Assembly: GCA_028684735.1 (NCBI GenBank)
Contig: JAQUFI010000001.1
Span: 1 to 45,276, forward strand
Length of the DNA stretch: 45,276 nucleotides
Direction: 5' to 3'
Source of the DNA: Bacilli bacterium
GTDB taxonomy: Bacteria > Bacillota_I > Bacilli_A > RF39 > UBA660
Both the position numbers and the translations under genes were made by a program. This document shows positions 9,130 through 18,585 of this stretch, piece by piece. Position 1 is the first letter of the stretch. Every line of letters begins with the position of its first letter. The notes beneath the pieces are model-generated. The model worked only from the letters and a program-made list of their open reading frames with translations, did not search any database and was not told the DNA's origin.

Positions 9130-9145
9130 TGTTTCACGTGGAACA
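9130..9145. promoter_or_regulatory. parS site 3 (TGTTTCACGTGGAACA)
   Basis: Identical 18-mer ATGTTTCACGTGGAACAT as site 2. Shares the 3' flank AACTTTTAA with site 1. Confidence 0.8.
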
Positions 9146-9236
9146 TAACTTTTAACTTAAATATTATATAATTATTAATCCATTCATTAAAAAACTACAT
9201 TACATATACAATTTTTGTTTTATATTTTCTAAAAAC

Positions 9237-9250
9237 ATTTCCCGGGAAAT
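9237..9250. promoter_or_regulatory. Perfect Noc-binding-site (NBS) ATTTCCCGGGAAAT within the parS array
   Basis: Exact NBS consensus. The palindrome extends to 24 bp (AAAACATTTCCCGGGAAATGTTTT, 9232-9255). Confidence 0.6.
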
Positions 9251-9285
9251 GTTTTGTGGATGTTTTATATATATTTTACTATTAA

Positions 9286-9301
9286 TGTTTCACGTGGAAC
9301 A
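9286..9301. promoter_or_regulatory. parS site 4 (TGTTTCACGTGGAACA)
   Basis: Same 18-mer as sites 2 and 3, in the same orientation. Confidence 0.8.
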
Positions 9302-9330
9302 TAATACATTAGTTATGGTGTTTAATATGT

Positions 9331-9364
9331 ATTAAAAAAATAATGTTCTAATAGAACATTATTT
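9331..9364 (-). terminator. Rho-independent terminator of gyrA
   Basis: AAATAATGTTCT-AAT-AGAACATTATTT, a 12-bp stem (9338-9364), followed on the minus strand by a T-run. Confidence 0.6.
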
Positions 9365-9385
9365 ATATTAATATGTTATTTTTGA

Positions 9386-9401
9386 TGTTTCACGTGAAAC
9401 A
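9386..9401. promoter_or_regulatory. parS site 5 (TGTTTCACGTGAAACA, perfect palindrome)
   Basis: 16/16 consensus match, located 3 nt downstream of the gyrA stop codon. Confidence 0.8.
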
Positions 9402-9404
9402 TTG

Positions 9405-11852
9405 TTATTGAGATAGTTCTTCTTCAGTAAAGGTTGATTGATCTTCTTTATCAATAATAGCTGTTGTGGATACTTGTTGTTCTTCCTTAAGATTAATTAA
9501 TCTAACCCCTTGAGCTACTCTTCCTGTTGTGGATACTTGCTCCAATGGCAATCTTATGATAATACCGTTGTTTGTAATGATCATTAAATCTTCAATACCG
9601 CTAACAGTTTTAAAAGAAATAATATCACCATTTTTTTCGGTAACATTTAATGCTTTAACCCCTTTGCCGCCGCGATGTGTCTTTCTATATTGTTCTACTG
9701 GTGTTCTTTTCCCATATCCATTTTTTGTTACTACTAATACTTCTTGTCCTTCATTAACAATTTCACATCCTACGCATATAGAATTACCAATATTTACCCC
9801 TTTAACTCCAGAAGCTGTTCTACCCATGATTCTTATTTCAGTTTCATCAAATCTTATCATTCTTCCATCAGAAGTGCCAATAATTATTTCATTATCACCG
9901 GTTGTTTTTTTAACCGAAATTAATTCATCATCATCTTTTAACGAAATAGCTATTTTACCATTGTTTCTGATACTTTCGAATTCACTAACTTTAGTTCGTT
10001 TTACCAATCCTTTTTGTGTACAAAATACAACGTTGCTTACTTCTTCATGTTCGCTTACTTTCAACATTACATTTACTATTTCTCCTTCGTTTAATGGTAG
10101 GAGATTTATAATAGGAATTCCTTTTGATTGCCTGTTAAAAGCTGGAACTTCATAACCTTTAATACGATAAACCTTTCCTCTATTAGTAAAGAATAATAAA
10201 TAATCATGTGTGGTCATAGAAATTATATTTTCAACGAAATCTTCTTCATTTGTAACCATACCTTTAATTCCGACCCCTCCACGATTTTGGGTACGATAAA
10301 TTTCACTATTCATTCTTTTAATATAATCTTTACTTGTAAGAGTTATAACTATTTCCTCGACTGGAATTAACGATTCATCTTCAATATATTCGATAGATGT
10401 CATATCAATAATCGTTTTTCTTTCATCGTTATATTTATTTTTAATTTCTATTAATTCTTCTTTTATAACAGCTAAAATATTTTCTTCATTATACATAATT
10501 TCTAGAAGTTTTTCAATTTCTTTTAATAATTCACTAATTTCTGTTTCGATTTTTCCTTTTTCTAACCCAGTTAATCGACGTAATTTCATTTCAAGAATAG
10601 CTTCTGCTTGAATTTTTGTTAATTCAAACTTTTCTATTAATCCTTTAATAGCTTCATCATCCGTTTTTGATGATCTAATTAATTTAATTACTTCTTCAAT
10701 ATTATCTAAAGCTATTTTCAAACCCTCTAAAATGTGTAATCTATTTTGATTTTTTTCTAAATCAAATTGACAACGACGATAAATAACTTCTTTTTGATGA
10801 TCTAAATATTTTTCTAAAATTGTTTTTAAATCAAGAGTTCTTGGTCTACCATCAACTAACATTAAAAAGTTTATACCATATGATACTTGCAATTGCGTAT
10901 GTTTATATAAATTATTTAAAACCACATTGGCATTTGCTTCTTTTTTTACATCAATTACAATTTTTATACCCTCAAGGGCTGATTCATCATTTAAATTTGA
11001 AATGCCATCAATTACTTTATCTCTAACTAATTCAGCAATTCTAGTAATCAAATTCTTTTTATTAACCTCGTATGGAAGTTCTGTGATTATTATTCTATTT
11101 TTTCCATTTTTTTCTTCGATATCAACTTTTCCTCGAATAGTTATAGTGCCTCTTCCTGTTTCAAAAGCTTTTTTAATACCGCTATTTCCTAAAATTATAC
11201 CAGAAGTAGGAAAATCAGGTCCTTTAATATATTGCATTAACTCTAATATCGTTATATCACGATTATCAATATAAGCTATACAACCATCGATTGCCTCACC
11301 AAGATTATGGGGTGGTATATTTGTTGCCATTCCAACTGCTATTCCCATATTACCATTAACTAAAATGTTTGGGAATCGACATGGTAATACATTAGGTTCT
11401 TTTCTTTGACCATCGTAATTTTCAGAAAAATCTACTGTGTTTTTGTTTAAATCTCTCAAAATCTCCATCGAAATTTTAGATAATTTAGCTTCTGTATAAC
11501 GTGAAGCAGCAGCACCATCACCATCTATTGATCCAAAGTTACCATGGCCATCAACTAAAACATGGCGATAAGTAAAATCTTGTGCCATTCTAACCATTGT
11601 TTCATAAATAGCTGTATCTCCATGGGGATGATAATGCCCCATCACTGCACCCACCGCATTAGCACTCTTTTGGTGTTTTTTATCAGGAGTCATTCCTTCT
11701 TCATACATTGTATATAAAATTCTTCGATGAACAGGTTTTAATCCATCTCGAACATCAGGAATGGCTCTTGAAACAATAACACTCATTGAATAATCTAAAA
11801 ATGATGTTTTCATTTCTGATGTAATATTAACATTTACTATTTTATCTTTCAT
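9405..11852 (-). CDS. gyrA: DNA gyrase subunit A
   Basis: DGLKPVHRRILY, HPHGDTAIYETMVRMAQ, AAASRYTE active-site Tyr region, C-terminal beta-pinwheel repeats. Start taken at MKDKIVNV (11852), which has a GGGGTGA SD. The ORF-track start at 11885 overlaps the gyrB end. Confidence 0.95.
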   Translation of the reverse strand: MKDKIVNVNITSEMKTSFLDYSMSVIVSRAIPDVRDGLKPVHRRILYTMYEEGMTPDKKHQKSANAVGAVMGHYHPHGDTAIYETMVRMAQDFTYRHVLVDGHGNFGSIDGDGAAASRYTEAKLSKISMEILRDLNKNTVDFSENYDGQRKEPNVLPCRFPNILVNGNMGIAVGMATNIPPHNLGEAIDGCIAYIDNRDITILELMQYIKGPDFPTSGIILGNSGIKKAFETGRGTITIRGKVDIEEKNGKNRIIITELPYEVNKKNLITRIAELVRDKVIDGISNLNDESALEGIKIVIDVKKEANANVVLNNLYKHTQLQVSYGINFLMLVDGRPRTLDLKTILEKYLDHQKEVIYRRCQFDLEKNQNRLHILEGLKIALDNIEEVIKLIRSSKTDDEAIKGLIEKFELTKIQAEAILEMKLRRLTGLEKGKIETEISELLKEIEKLLEIMYNEENILAVIKEELIEIKNKYNDERKTIIDMTSIEYIEDESLIPVEEIVITLTSKDYIKRMNSEIYRTQNRGGVGIKGMVTNEEDFVENIISMTTHDYLLFFTNRGKVYRIKGYEVPAFNRQSKGIPIINLLPLNEGEIVNVMLKVSEHEEVSNVVFCTQKGLVKRTKVSEFESIRNNGKIAISLKDDDELISVKKTTGDNEIIIGTSDGRMIRFDETEIRIMGRTASGVKGVNIGNSICVGCEIVNEGQEVLVVTKNGYGKRTPVEQYRKTHRGGKGVKALNVTEKNGDIISFKTVSGIEDLMIITNNGIIIRLPLEQVSTTGRVAQGVRLINLKEEQQVSTTAIIDKEDQSTFTEEELSQ

Positions 11853-11862
11853 TTTATCACCC

Positions 11863-13788
11863 CTATACATCAAGATTCTTAACATTTAATGCATTATCTT
11901 CAATAAATTTTCTTCTTGGTTCAACCTCTTCACCCATTAAGATTTGGAATATTTCATCAGCTGCAATAGCATCATCTAATTCTATTTTAACTAATAATCT
12001 AGTATCAATATGCATTGTAGTTTCTCTTAATTCAATAGCATCCATTTCCCCTAAACCTTTCATACGAGTTATATCGTATTTGGTATTTTCAGGTAACGTA
12101 GAAAGATATTCATCGCGTTCAACTTCATTTAAAACATATTTACTGGTTTTTCCATGACTAATTTTAAATAAAGGTGGTTGAGCTGCATAAATATGACCGG
12201 CTTCCACTAATGGTTTAAAATAACGGTAAAAGAAGGTTAATAATAAAGTCCTAATATGAGCACCATCCACATCAGCATCGGTCATAATAATTATTTTATG
12301 ATATCGTAATTTTGTTATATCAAATTCATCACCAATACCTGTCCCAAAAGCAGTAATAATACTTCTAATTTCTTCGTTACCTAATATTCTATCTAATCTT
12401 GCTTTTTCAACGTTTAGAATTTTACCTCGGATTGGTAAAACTGCTTGCGTTGCTGAATTTCTTCCTTGTTTTGCTGGTCCTGCTGCACTATCCCCTTCAA
12501 CTATAAATATTTCAGAAATAGAAGCATCTTTAGATGAACAATCAGTTAATTTTCCCCATTGATTAGTTAACTCTAAACCACCCTTACGACGAGTTAATTC
12601 ACGTGCTTTTTTAGCTGCTAGTCTGGCACGTGATGCTGTTAATGATTTTTCAATAATTGTTTTAGCTTGATCAGGATTTTCTAATAAAAACCTTTCAAAT
12701 CCATCACTAAATATATCAGATGATATTTTTCTTACTTCACTATTACCCAATTTTGTTTTAGTTTGACCTTCAAATTGCGGATTTGGATGTTTACAAGAAA
12801 TAATCATAGTTAAACCTTCTCTTACATCATCACCAGTTAAAGATTCTTCGTTATCTTTTAAATATTTATGGTTTCTAGCATAATTATTAATAATTCTTGT
12901 TAAAGAATTTTTTACTCCATCTTCATGAGTTCCACCTTCATGAGTATGAATATTGTTTGTAAAAGAATATACATTAGTTGTATAACTTGAATTATATTGA
13001 AAAGCAATTTCTAATGAAATATTGTCTATTTCACTACTAAAATGAACAATATTATTATGAATTGGAGTTTTGTTTTTATTTAGTAATTCAACATAAGCAC
13101 TAATACCACCCTCATAAATAAACTCTTCCTTTTTTAACTCATTAACATCTCTTTCATCACATAAAATAATTTTTAAATTTTTATTTAAAAAAGCTAATTC
13201 TCTTATTCTTGTCCTTAAAATTTCATAATCAAATGTCTGAGTTTCCGTAAATATGCTAGGATCTGGTTTAAATGTAATTGTAGTCCCTGTTCTATCCAAA
13301 GAACAAGTATCTATTATTTCTAATGGTTTGACTGGCTTTCCACCATCTTCAAAACGGATATAATGTACTTTTCCGTCTTGATAGATTGTCGCTTCTAACC
13401 AACTACTAAGCGCATTAACAACACTTCCACCAACCCCGTGAAGACCACCAGAGACTTTATATCCACTTCCTCCAAATTTCCCACCTGCATGTAAGATAGT
13501 AAATACTGTTTCAACCGTCGATAAACCAGTTTTTTTATGGATACCAACTGGTATTCCTCGACCATCATCCCTCACAGTTATTGATTCGTCTTTATTTATA
13601 ATAACTTCTATATCATCACAAAAACCCGCTAGTGCTTCATCAATTGCATTATCTACTATTTCCCAAACTAAATGATGCAAACCTCTAGAACTTGTTGCTC
13701 CTATATACATACCTGGTCTTTTTCTTACTGCTTCTAAGCCTTCTAATACTTGAATATCAGAAGCATCATAATGTGTATCTTTATTCAT
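11863..13788 (-). CDS. gyrB: DNA gyrase subunit B
   Basis: [21 protein letters not shown] ATPase, Toprim EGDSAGG-type (EGDSAAGP), [12 protein letters not shown]-type motif. Confidence 0.96.
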   Translation of the reverse strand: MNKDTHYDASDIQVLEGLEAVRKRPGMYIGATSSRGLHHLVWEIVDNAIDEALAGFCDDIEVIINKDESITVRDDGRGIPVGIHKKTGLSTVETVFTILHAGGKFGGSGYKVSGGLHGVGGSVVNALSSWLEATIYQDGKVHYIRFEDGGKPVKPLEIIDTCSLDRTGTTITFKPDPSIFTETQTFDYEILRTRIRELAFLNKNLKIILCDERDVNELKKEEFIYEGGISAYVELLNKNKTPIHNNIVHFSSEIDNISLEIAFQYNSSYTTNVYSFTNNIHTHEGGTHEDGVKNSLTRIINNYARNHKYLKDNEESLTGDDVREGLTMIISCKHPNPQFEGQTKTKLGNSEVRKISSDIFSDGFERFLLENPDQAKTIIEKSLTASRARLAAKKARELTRRKGGLELTNQWGKLTDCSSKDASISEIFIVEGDSAAGPAKQGRNSATQAVLPIRGKILNVEKARLDRILGNEEIRSIITAFGTGIGDEFDITKLRYHKIIIMTDADVDGAHIRTLLLTFFYRYFKPLVEAGHIYAAQPPLFKISHGKTSKYVLNEVERDEYLSTLPENTKYDITRMKGLGEMDAIELRETTMHIDTRLLVKIELDDAIAADEIFQILMGEEVEPRRKFIEDNALNVKNLDV

Positions 13789-14911
13789 TATTTTCCACCT
13801 CTTTTGTTTTAATTACTTTGCCTTCTTTGATTTTAAAAATTTTTGCTTGTGTTAAGGTTTTTGGATCAATATTTTTTAAATCAGTAGTTGTAATAAAAGT
13901 TTGAGTATTTTTTGATATATATTTTAATAATTTATTTTTTTTATTGTCATCTAATTCACTAAAAACATCATCTAATAATAAAATTGGGATTTTATTATTA
14001 TATTTTCTAAAAACATCAACTTCAGCTAGTTTTAAAGATATTATTGCTAATCGTTGCTGCCCTTGAGAACCAAATTCTTTTATATTATTTTCCTTTAAAT
14101 AAAAAAGAAAATCATCTCGATGTGGACCAATTAAGGTAACTCCTAATTTAATTTCTGTACTATGCATTTTTATAACTTTTTCTTTTAATGTTTTTTTTAA
14201 ATATTCTGTCTCGAAATTTTCTAAATTAAAATATGGAGAATATTTAATTATTAATCCTTCAGTTCCAGATATTCTTTTATATATTTTTCCAAAATATTCA
14301 TTTATTCTTAATATAAATTTATTACGAGCTTTATAAATGAAAATGGCATTTTCAATTAAATATTCTGTTAATATATCAAAATATGTTTGATCAACTTCAA
14401 TCCCTTTTTGCATTTGTTTCAAATAATCATTTCTAATTTTTAGAATTTTTTTATAATCATTTAATACTTTAAAATATTTAGGATATAACTGACTTAATTC
14501 TAAATTAAAATATTTTCTTCTGACACCAGGTGATCCTTTTATTAATTCTAAATCTTCAGGATAAAAAATAATAATATTTAATTTTGAAATATAATCACTC
14601 GTTTTTTTTATATCATTATTATCAATTTTAAAATGTTTATTTTTTTTTTCTATATTTATTTCCATAGTAGATTTAATATTATTATCTAATATATTTCCCT
14701 TGATTTTAGCATTATTAAAACCATTTTTGATGAGATTATTATCAATAAAAGAGCGATGGGATTTTGTCAACCCTAATACATAAATACTTTCTAAAATATT
14801 TGTTTTACCTTGAGCATTATTTCCATATAAAATATTTAATTTATTATCAAAAAATAATTCTAAAGATTCATAGTTTCTAAAATTTTCAATTTTTATGTTC
14901 TTTAGAATCAT
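13781..14911 (-). CDS. recF: DNA replication and repair protein RecF
   Basis: FRNYE..., Walker [10 protein letters not shown], signature SQGQQR, Walker [12 protein letters not shown]. Confidence 0.93.
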   Translation of the reverse strand: MILKNIKIENFRNYESLELFFDNKLNILYGNNAQGKTNILESIYVLGLTKSHRSFIDNNLIKNGFNNAKIKGNILDNNIKSTMEINIEKKNKHFKIDNNDIKKTSDYISKLNIIIFYPEDLELIKGSPGVRRKYFNLELSQLYPKYFKVLNDYKKILKIRNDYLKQMQKGIEVDQTYFDILTEYLIENAIFIYKARNKFILRINEYFGKIYKRISGTEGLIIKYSPYFNLENFETEYLKKTLKEKVIKMHSTEIKLGVTLIGPHRDDFLFYLKENNIKEFGSQGQQRLAIISLKLAEVDVFRKYNNKIPILLLDDVFSELDDNKKNKLLKYISKNTQTFITTTDLKNIDPKTLTQAKIFKIKEGKVIKTKEVENNE

Positions 14912-15004
14912 ATTGTTGCCTCTTTTCCATTTTTTTGCTATTTTAAAGATTTTTTTTAATTTAATGTATTCCTATACACATCTTAATTATATCACAAAAT
15001 TTCG

Positions 15005-15040
15005 TTTAAAAAAAGAAAAAATAAGCAATATTGCTTATTT
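15005..15040 (-). terminator. Rho-independent terminator of comK
   Basis: AAATAAGCAA-TAT-TGCTTATTT hairpin (15018-15040) overlapping the stop codon. A T-rich run follows on the minus strand. Confidence 0.6.
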
Positions 15041-15498
15041 TATACTGTTTTTAATTTCATTAATTTAGATTCTAACATAGTTGCTCTATAAATTTGATTT
15101 TCTAATGTAAAAAATGATAAATTTAATTGAATTTCTTTTCCATTTTTAAAAACGATTATACTTTTATTTATATCACTTTTATTTTTATAATAATCTTTAA
15201 TGTTACATAAAGAAACCCAATAACAATTATCGAAACGTGGTGAACTTGTTGGAAAAAAAATTAAATTACTATATTCGCTAATAATTATTGGAGATTTATA
15301 CGTTACTCCGATTAATTTTTTTGTCCCATCTTTTCGACCTAAATATGAACTTCCAAAAAACTTACAACTCTCATCAATTATTTTTGTAGTTGATTTTTTT
15401 ACTAAAAACTGATTATCTTCTTCTATAATTTGTGAAATTTTGTCTGTAACAGGAATTATAACTAATGTTCCTCTATTTATTTCGTAATTATCCCTCAT
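15040..15498 (-). CDS. comK: ComK-family competence transcription factor
   Basis: SCKFFGSSYLGRKDGT, SPIIISEYSNLIFFPTSS and LENQIYRATMLESK align with B. subtilis ComK SCRFFGSSYAGRKAGT, PPIMVDPSNQIFLFPTLS and FENQVYRTAWLRTK (from memory); 152 aa. Confidence 0.8.
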   Translation of the reverse strand: MRDNYEINRGTLVIIPVTDKISQIIEEDNQFLVKKSTTKIIDESCKFFGSSYLGRKDGTKKLIGVTYKSPIIISEYSNLIFFPTSSPRFDNCYWVSLCNIKDYYKNKSDINKSIIVFKNGKEIQLNLSFFTLENQIYRATMLESKLMKLKTV

Positions 15499-15584
15499 AC
15501 CCTCACTCCCCCCTATTTGTATTTTTCCTCAAGGAATAACCCTCTTATACTCCTTTGTTTTGTCGTTTTTTGTCGAATAAAGGG

Positions 15585-15616
15585 GAAAAAAGAAAAAAAT
15601 GTAATTTTATTACATT
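15585..15616 (-). terminator. Rho-independent terminator of dnaN
   Basis: AATGTAA-TTTTA-TTACATT hairpin immediately after the dnaN stop. The run TTTTTTTCTTTTTT follows on the minus strand. Confidence 0.6.
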
Positions 15617-16738
15617 TTAATAAGTTCTTATTGGTAAAATTAATTGAATTAAGTCATCACTTTCAGGATTTTTAAGAATAATTGGTTTTATTTCTCCATT
15701 AAACATTAATAATATTTCTTCACATTCTAATGATTTTAATGCTTCTAACATATATTTTGAACTAAAAGCTATTTTGATTTCTTCTTTGTTTTCTTTTTCA
15801 CAAGAAATTTTTTCCTCAACGTTACCTATTTCAGGAATATTAGATGATATTATTAATAAATTGTTTTTACTTTCTAATTTTATAGTGTTTTTATCACTTT
15901 CGCTTGTTAATAAAGAAGCTCGATCAATTGCATCATAGAAATCTGATAATTTTACTTTTATTTTTGATATAAAATCTGTTGGTATTAGTGCTTTAGTATC
16001 TGGATAAGTGCCATTTATTAATCTTGACATAAATGTTATAGTACTAAATTTAAAAATAATTTTATTAGAAAATATATGTAATTGAATATTTTCATCATCA
16101 TCACTAAATAACTTCATTATTTCATTTAAATTTTTTGTAGGAATTATTATATTAATATTTTCATCAATTTTACTTTCTAATTCAATCATTTTTTTTGCTA
16201 AACGATATGAATCAGTAGCTGTACATTCGACTAATTTATCATTAATATTTAAATTTAAACCAGTTAAAACAGGTCTTGATTCTTGATTAGAAGTAGCAAA
16301 AATAGTTTGTTGAAGAACGTTTTTAAATACTTTTTGTTTTACTACTATAGGTTTTTTATGTTCTTCTAGATCTAATTGTGGAAATTCTGATGGATTATTA
16401 CAATTTAAATTGAAAGATGAATTTGAAGTATAAATTTTCACTTTAGAATCTATTAATTCTTCAATATATATTATTTCATTTGGTAATTTTCTTATAATGT
16501 CATATATATATCGTCCTGATATTACTATTTCTCCTTTTTCTTCAATATTTTCAATTTCATTTTTACTAATGAAAGTTTTAATAGCTATTTCATTATCGGT
16601 ACTTAATAAATATAAACCATCACTAGTTAATTCAAATTTAATGCAATTTAAAATAGGTATTAAATTCTTATTTGATATTCCTTTTATAACATAATTTAAA
16701 TGTTCGATTAAAATATTCTTTTTAATTGATAATTTCAT
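15617..16738 (-). CDS. dnaN: DNA polymerase III beta sliding clamp
   Basis: 373 aa with three-domain clamp pattern (...ATDSYRLA..., C-terminal LILPIRTY). AAAGGAGG SD. Lies downstream of dnaA. Confidence 0.93.
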   Translation of the reverse strand: MKLSIKKNILIEHLNYVIKGISNKNLIPILNCIKFELTSDGLYLLSTDNEIAIKTFISKNEIENIEEKGEIVISGRYIYDIIRKLPNEIIYIEELIDSKVKIYTSNSSFNLNCNNPSEFPQLDLEEHKKPIVVKQKVFKNVLQQTIFATSNQESRPVLTGLNLNINDKLVECTATDSYRLAKKMIELESKIDENINIIIPTKNLNEIMKLFSDDDENIQLHIFSNKIIFKFSTITFMSRLINGTYPDTKALIPTDFISKIKVKLSDFYDAIDRASLLTSESDKNTIKLESKNNLLIISSNIPEIGNVEEKISCEKENKEEIKIAFSSKYMLEALKSLECEEILLMFNGEIKPIILKNPESDDLIQLILPIRTY

Positions 16739-16876
16739 AAATTCCTCCTTTTAAAAAATCAATTTTTATATTATTTTTTATTAAATATTATTATTATAGA
16801 TGTGGAAATGGTGGAAAACTTTTTACTGCATTATTTACTATCAAAAAATTAAAAATTTATCCTCTTTTTATCCACT
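16739..16876. other. oriC downstream module (dnaA-dnaN spacer): DnaA boxes plus AT-rich candidate unwinding element
   Basis: Tandem boxes TGTGGAAAT (16801-16809) and GGTGGAAAA (16810-16818), and TTATCCACT (16868-16876). About 50 bp of nearly pure A/T lies at 16750-16800, including (ATT)n abutting the boxes. Confidence 0.65.
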
Positions 16877-18227
16877 ATTTTATTTTGTTAATAATTTTTT
16901 CAATTTCATTTTGCAATTGTGAATCTTTTGTTAATTCTTTAGTTATTTTTTCGACTGAATGCATAACTGTAGTATGATCTTTTCCTCCAAATTCACTACC
17001 TATTCTAGCAAAAGGCTCTTCTAAATAAATGCGACAAATATACATTGCGATTTGACGCGGAACACTAATATTGGCTGTTCTTTTTTTACTTTTCAAATCA
17101 TCGACAGTAATATTATAATTATTAGCGATTAATTGTTGTACTTGATCAATTTTATTTTTCGAAATAATGCTTTTTACAAAGTAATCTTTTAATGCTTCAA
17201 TCGCTAAATCTAAAGTTATTTCAGATCCGTTCATGATTGTTGCATAAGCATAAACTCTATTAATAGCTCCCTCTAATTTTCTTATATCGCTAGTACAATT
17301 ACTGGCAATATAATCTCTTATTTCTTTTGGAAAATCAAACATCATTTCATATGCTTCTATTTTATTATCAATAATATTCATTCTCAAATCAAAATCTGGT
17401 GGAAAAATATTAACTGTTAGACCCCAATTAAATCTTGTTCGAAGATTGTCTTCTAATTTTCTTAAATCATCAGGAGAGCGATCAGAAGCAATAATAATTT
17501 GTTTTTTGTTATTGTGTAAATCATTAAAGGTGTTAAAAAACTCTTGTTGAGATGTTGGTGCAATTTCTAAATATTGAATATCATCTATAATTAACACATC
17601 TAAACTACGATATTTTTCTTTAAATTTATCCACAATCATAAAATTATTCTTATTACTTTTATTTTTATATAATTCCACAAAGTCGTTTACAAAATCATCA
17701 CTGGTTATATATAAAACCCTTTTATTACTATTTTCTACAATATAATTACCAATAGCATGCATTAAGTGAGTTTTTCCAAGACCACTATTTCCATATATAA
17801 ATAAAGGATTGTATATTTGACCTGGTTTTTCAGCAACAGCTAAAGCATTATATTTTGCAAATTTATTACTTTCCCCAACAACAAAATTATCAAAGGAATA
17901 TTTAGGATCCAAATTAGAAATATCATTATCTGCGGGAACTCCCATATTATCAGTATCAATAACAATGTTTTGTTCCATTTCTTCTTCTGTGATATATTCA
18001 ATTTTAAAATTTGAACCAGTTATTTCATTAAATAATTTATCAATTAATTCTTGATAATTACTTTTTAAGTGTTTTTTATGAATGGGCATTGGAACTAATA
18101 TTTTTGCATAATTATCATTAATTTCAATTAATTTAGTTTCAGCAAACCAAGCATCATATAATAAAGGTTGTTTTAATTCTTCTTTAATTTTATCTAAAAA
18201 AGAATCCCATATAACTTCAATTTTCAA
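16875..18227 (-). CDS. dnaA: Chromosomal replication initiator DnaA
   Basis: Walker A GNSGLGKTHL, box VII, C-terminal DNA-binding helix GGKDHTTVMHS. TTG start preceded by a GAGGTGG SD. Confidence 0.96.
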   Translation of the reverse strand: MKIEVIWDSFLDKIKEELKQPLLYDAWFAETKLIEINDNYAKILVPMPIHKKHLKSNYQELIDKLFNEITGSNFKIEYITEEEMEQNIVIDTDNMGVPADNDISNLDPKYSFDNFVVGESNKFAKYNALAVAEKPGQIYNPLFIYGNSGLGKTHLMHAIGNYIVENSNKRVLYITSDDFVNDFVELYKNKSNKNNFMIVDKFKEKYRSLDVLIIDDIQYLEIAPTSQQEFFNTFNDLHNNKKQIIIASDRSPDDLRKLEDNLRTRFNWGLTVNIFPPDFDLRMNIIDNKIEAYEMMFDFPKEIRDYIASNCTSDIRKLEGAINRVYAYATIMNGSEITLDLAIEALKDYFVKSIISKNKIDQVQQLIANNYNITVDDLKSKKRTANISVPRQIAMYICRIYLEEPFARIGSEFGGKDHTTVMHSVEKITKELTKDSQLQNEIEKIINKIK

Positions 18228-18292
18228 AAAACCACCTCAAATCTTCATCTAACAATCATTTTACTTTAAATTTTAACAAAAAACAATTAAAA

Positions 18293-18506
18293 TGTGGAAA
18301 AAACTTTTAAATAACAACATATTTTCAACTTTTCCACAATAATGGTGGAAAATAAAAAAAAATTAATTTATTGTATAATTTTTCCACAAAAACTGTGGAA
18401 AAAGGATTAAGTCATTATATTACCTAATCTAAAATTTTCTTTTTTTGTGGAAAAGTATGTTTATTATTTGCTGTTTTGCAAAAATATCAATTTAAATAGT
18501 GGATAA
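18293..18506. other. oriC upstream module: cluster of seven DnaA boxes between dnaA and rpmH
   Basis: TGTGGAAAA at 18293-18301, TTTTCCACA at 18330-18338, GGTGGAAAA at 18344-18352, TTTTCCACA at 18380-18388, TGTGGAAAA at 18394-18402, TGTGGAAAA at 18446-18454, AGTGGATAA at 18498-18506. Two head-to-head pairs are separated by 5 nt. dnaA and rpmH are divergent, and gene orientation switches here. Confidence 0.8.
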
Positions 18507-18556
18507 TTATTATTTAAAAAAATATTTAATTTAATATAAAATAATTTAAAAAGAGT

Positions 18557-18585
18557 TTGACAAAATATTGTTTTATATATATAAT
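18557..18585 (+). promoter_or_regulatory. Consensus sigma-A promoter of rpmH-rnpA operon
   Basis: TTGACA (18557-18562), exactly 17 nt, TATAAT (18580-18585). Confidence 0.75.

Noticed and set aside
9338-9364. Palindrome AATGTTCTAATAGAACATT as a possible sixth, degenerate parS
   Set aside because: It lacks the invariant CACGTG core and has odd spacing. A 12-bp stem plus T-run in the gyrA sense direction is better explained as the gyrA terminator.
8959-9402. Repeated 18-mers as a CRISPR-like or REP/MITE array
   Set aside because: The repeats are palindromic protein-binding-site length (16-18 bp) with irregular spacers of 33-138 bp. There are no cas genes and no terminal inverted repeats or target duplications. 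The exact match to parS explains them.
11590-11660. GyrA QRDR reads HPHGDTAIYE (Thr at the E. coli Ser83-equivalent position), a possible quinolone-resistance change
   Set aside because: Thr at this position is the wild-type residue in several susceptible species. The Glu four residues downstream of it is intact. No resistance inference is justified.
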